A stretch of 64,000 nt of DNA, taken from positions 3,088,849 through 3,152,848 of the forward strand of contig NW_003314261.1 of the NCBI RefSeq assembly GCF_000143415.4, read 5' to 3'. The DNA comes from Selaginella moellendorffii. Taxonomy: Eukaryota > Plantae > Lycopodiophyta. The notes beneath the pieces are model-generated. The model searched no databases and was not told the origin of the DNA. It saw only the letters and a list, made by a program, of their open reading frames with translations. Below, piece by piece: positions 59,350 to 64,000 of the stretch. A program made the position numbers and the translations under genes. How positions within the stretch are numbered: position 1 is the stretch's first letter; each line of letters opens with the position of its first letter.

Positions 59350-62300
59350 GATTTTAATATGAAACTAACAACTGAAATAAAAGATAAAGAATTTTTTTTT
59401 CTATTTTTTCTTTTTAATTTTTTAACAATTTATATCACTTTTAGATTTATTTTTATAAGAAATAATAATTTATGGATTAAATATAAATATAAATATAATT
59501 ACATAATTATTATCTTATGGTTGATATTTAAGCTTTAAAAACTTTATCCTATAAGTTTTCTAACCAAATTATTCATTCTATAATTTAAGGATGTGAAATA
59601 ATACATTTTTCTTAATTTTAGTTAATTCAGTTTACACATATTTAGGTATTATACTAATTAACAAAAATGGATTGACTAAATTTAGTCTTAAAAGGATGGG
59701 TGTAAACCTTAATTAATATACTCGCATTGGTGGCATTGAAATTTGTTCCTAAAGGGTAAATATTTTGGCAGTGCTTTATTATAGCATTTGGGACTTATGT
59801 TATTATTTTTAATCCTTTATATTCTTTTAAATCTAGATCTGTATTAGCGTTTTGTAAAATTTAAAATTTTAGCTATCAATATGCTTAAATTTGCTCTCCC
59901 TTTAATGTTCATTGCTTTTTTTTAATGAAAAACTTATGTTATTGGTTTGCATTTGCTAGTGTTGAGAACCCCCACAATATTGAGTTTGATCTTTCAATAC
60001 TCATTGCATAATACCTAATATATATATATACCAAGATAAATTAAAGATTTCGTAAGATAGGTATCAATCCTTTAATTTGTTATTTGATATTTTATCTTTA
60101 CGATTTGCTCTTCCCAACCTTTTCTTATTTTTTTAGCTTATACCACCTTTTTATATTTATAGTGAGGTTACATGCTGTGAAATTAAGAATTTTACTTTTG
60201 TTTTTTTGACAAAGTTTTTGATCAATTATAATGTTAAGTATTTCTTTGTTCCAAGGGTTGAGTCATTTTTGTAAAACTTTTAGATTTGGTGTGTATTCTT
60301 GATTATAAGTCCCATTGAAAGCCTTTATTTTACCATTACTACTGAGGAGTTTATATATTCTCTTGAGAGTATATACTTTTCAATTAAATTTCATATTTAA
60401 ACTATTGAGTTGTGTATTGAGGAGGTTGAGTAGTGTGAATCTTATACTTATATAATGGTAACCGAAGTATTTTATAACAAGAGATCCCTTTTTTTTTAAG
60501 CTTGGTAAAAATTCTTCTTTTATTGTTTATTTTTCCATTTTTTTTCACAATGTTTCTTCCTTAATTTTTCTTTCTTTCTCCTTTTTATCTTAACGTTCCA
60601 ATTTTTTTTCTGTGGAAGAGGGGGTTAAAGGGGATGGTAAAGTGTTTAACCCCAAAAATAGAGTGAGGACAAGTGATTAAAATATAATATAAAAATCACA
60701 TTAACTAATTCATCAATCAAGCAATACCATAAACAACATTAATATCAGCACTTGAAAATTACATGAGTATCAAGTGCCAATTTTATTTGATAAAATACAA
60801 CATAAATACCCCACTTTATTAAAAGAGATTTACAACACCTAGCACTATATACTTCATTCACAATATAGACAAACTCATATTACTCTTTTTCTTACTAAAC
60901 TGAAAACTAATTAAATACTAAGCTACTTAAAGAGTAAGGTCTTTGAAAAAGAATTAATTATTGTAACTCAAGCGTTTCAATAGTAAAACTTTATCACTAT
61001 CTATCATATGACTCACCATTTGTATAATTGTTATAACTAACATGCATCATTACAAATCATATTTTTAAGAAAAGAAGATGATTTATATATTTGACCCTTT
61101 GTCTTTGATAACTCTTTTTTCAATTTTAACTCACTTAAATCTCAAGCTTGCACTTGCACTTTCTTCAGTTTAATATAAGAAAAATGTATGAGAGAGCATA
61201 GCGATGATTAATTGAACCAATAGACTAAACTCTAGATTCTTTATTAATCCACTCACAATCGTGCTTAATTAGAATCCATTAGTGTTGTGTTAAAAAATTA
61301 CAGATTAGCTTATTCACCATTCATAATAAATCTATGAGAGATTTACTTTTACCCATAGTAATATAGAATAACTCATGGTAACCACCTATAAGCTAATATT
61401 AATCCTTCCAACTCAAAATTTAACCTTAAGTTGTTAATATGTCTCATTTATAAACCAAACACAAACTCATGCAAATTGTGTATAAAAAAAATCCATCCTA
61501 TATTGTTCAGTGGGATTAAGTTTTAAAACTTGAGTTCCACTCCACTACCCTTGACCCACATATTTAAAGGTTAAAATTTTATTATCCTATGGTAAGTCAC
61601 TATAATTAAAGAGTGAAATTATGTGTGCTATATTTGGTTTACAAAAATGTATTTTAGCATGTACTATCCAATGAGAGTGGACAATTAGTCTTATTGCATA
61701 CACAAAAATAAAAATAGTGATCCAAATAAGTCCATATTTGGGTATTATAGATTTACATGCATCCCTAGGTATAGATTTTGATATATATATTTTTGTATTA
61801 TATTGTGTGAGCTTTCTAGGGATAAAGCCAAAATCCTAATCATACAACCTAAGGAGTGAAAATATAGAAGCATAGAGTGACATTGAAACAATTTTAAAAT
61901 ATTGAACATTTGCAAGTTATATATTTTTCCTTTTCAATTTGTCAACTTTCCTCATCTATCCTACCACTACTACCTTGGCCTTAGTTATGTTCCATTGTCA
62001 AGGTTCCCACTTATTGTACCAACTTCTACTTAGTCTTACTTGGATTCAATTACTTATTGCATACAAACCCTAAGCACACAAGATGTGATTCTCATTATAT
62101 GCTACTTCCCCTTAGATAAGAGGACAAAATGTTAACCATCCATCCACAGATTCTTAAATTCCTTCTTAATCCACCTTTCTGGGTTAGATTAGACTTGAAG
62201 TTCAATTACACTCCCTACAAGCACAAATAGCTAAGCACACCAAACTAACATCCTTTTGTTGATCATAAGACCTCTAAATCCTAGCCATGCATCCATTATA

Positions 62301-64000
62301 TAGGTGTCCATATCAAACTATTACACTATAGTGTTTCCCCTTGAGGTCCCAAAGTAAAAGATACACCTAAAGTTTACACTTCCATCCCAAAAGGATGGCT
62401 CAAGCCCCTAAGTAAGAGTGAAGACTAATAAGTTGTATAGTACTCAAGTGAGGCATCATTCCACATGAGCCAAGAGTATTACAGTTGGTTTCCTTTCCAA
62501 GAGTGGGAGTTGCTCTTGATCACTTCTTTAGGTAACTTCTTTGGCATCACCTAAGTCCATGCTCACTCCCACCCAAAGCCTCTAACCCCTAGTCCCAACT
62601 TTAAGTCAGTTTAGAAGTACTAGTAGAAAGTTCCTTCAAGACTAATTCCTAGAATTCACTATCTTTACTATACTTTTGGAACCCTTGCAGTACCCCCACT
62701 CTAGAGACAATCATGTTAGGCTTTCACCCCATGACCTATATTAGTATTTGAATTTGGTCTTAGACTCGATCGTGGATTCAACCTCGGACTCGATCTCGGA
62801 CCCAGGCTCAGACCTGGTCTTGGACCCGATCTTGGATCTCAGACTGCATCTTGAACTCCATCTTGGAGTTGGTGTCGGACTCAATTTATTTGATGAACTC
62901 TTTATTGTTCTGGTTATAATTTTGGGATCCTTTAGCCTATGACACCTCAGAGAATTTGATTCCTTACAACATCATAATGCCATAACTATTATGCAAAATG
63001 GAGTCAATTAAAGTCTAATAGTGGTTTAATATAAAAATATAAATACTCTACCAAAAGCTTGGACTTAAACCTAAAACAAATGTAAAATAAAGATAGGCAT
63101 ACCTAGTTAAGATAATATCTTATATTAATTGGCTATGTCCAATTTACCCACTATTCTTAGAATACATTTAGAACACCCCCCCTCGCCCCCTCCCCCTCTT
63201 TATATGAAAACACACTTTGGGCTTTCACCCTAGTCCCAAAAGCTAGTTTTTGGGATAATTATGAAAACTTACTAAATATGAAATTGCACTAGATTGTGAA
63301 TTTGGATGTGGGAATAATATTAGAACAATTTTTACATTCCATAGATATGCCTCACTAATAGATTTAGACACTTTCTATAAATGATCAAATCAAATAGGAC
63401 TAACATATAAGGCATGATAACAAAGGTGTTTTGGCAAAGATAGTAAGATATTATGTAGTGGTATTAAAAGACTAGAGCTTAATATATAAGGGTTCTTGTC
63501 AAGATAATTCAAGACAAAGCAAAAGAGAACTAAAGCTAGTTTAAGTATGTTCAACAAAAAACAAGAGTTTCTACCTTATATTTATTTAACTAAGTATAGA
63601 TTTTAAACTCAATTTACTAATGCTTGAATAAGAGAACTATAACAGAAACTAGTAATACCAATTTTTTACCATCGTAGTAAAAAAAGAATACTTGAAAGCA
63701 CTCACTAATAGATAACTATCATTACCTACAATCACATTCATGACAATGGTAGAGTAAAGATAAGCAAAATAAGTCTGAATGAAGCTAGTGCTTCAAAATT
63801 TTTTTTCCTTTGAGGAGGGGATAAAAAGCATATAAAATATGAATAGAGTGAATTTGACTTTTTATATGCAATGCAAGATAAAAATGAAGGTTTTGAGTAC
63901 AAGTTAACATGGGTCTTCAAGGTTGACTAAAGAAAGACACAAAAGTGGGTTCTACTAATAATTATGAGTTTGAGTTAATAACTATCTTATAGGATGGCTA
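59350..64000. mobile_element. AT-rich, CpG-depleted degenerate transposon/repeat region
   Basis: Sharp GC drop and almost no ORFs. A polypurine tract on the minus strand (63176-63200) directly followed by TGTT suggests an LTR boundary. Confidence 0.4.

Noticed and set aside
62748-62942. 64-aa ORF as a gene
   Set aside because: Low-complexity degenerate short repeat within TE debris.
1-64000. tRNA, rRNA or snoRNA genes
   Set aside because: None recognisable by eye; tRNAscan-SE or Infernal would be needed to exclude them.

Overview
Gene-dense plant nuclear DNA with very short introns (mostly 45-110 nt, GT-AG), many PPR genes and PPR relics. This style suggests the lycophyte Selaginella (inference, not verified). 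The window holds about 17 intact-looking protein genes: two divergently oriented SOS1-type Na+/H+ antiporters about 29.5 kb apart, an LHW-like bHLH, a proton-pump interactor, LTV1, eIF2B-delta, an Rpr2/Rpp21 zinc-finger protein with a long acidic extension, a DREB2-type AP2 factor, a YlmH/S4 RNA-binding protein, P- and PLS-class PPRs, a DEAD-box helicase, two LEA_2/NHL-like genes, LPAT4/5, GLE1, a dirigent protein and a C2-like/TM/LysM protein. It also contains one complete but decayed 5-kb Ty3/gypsy element, Copia and PPR relics, a duplicated SR-like chimeric region and an AT-rich degenerate tail. The best candidate for something new is the tail-anchored C2-like protein with a C-terminal LysM domain (51260-53484), which the ORF track misses because of splicing and which could be a plastid-peptidoglycan or glycan tether. 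Gene models were assembled by eye, so boundaries are approximate.
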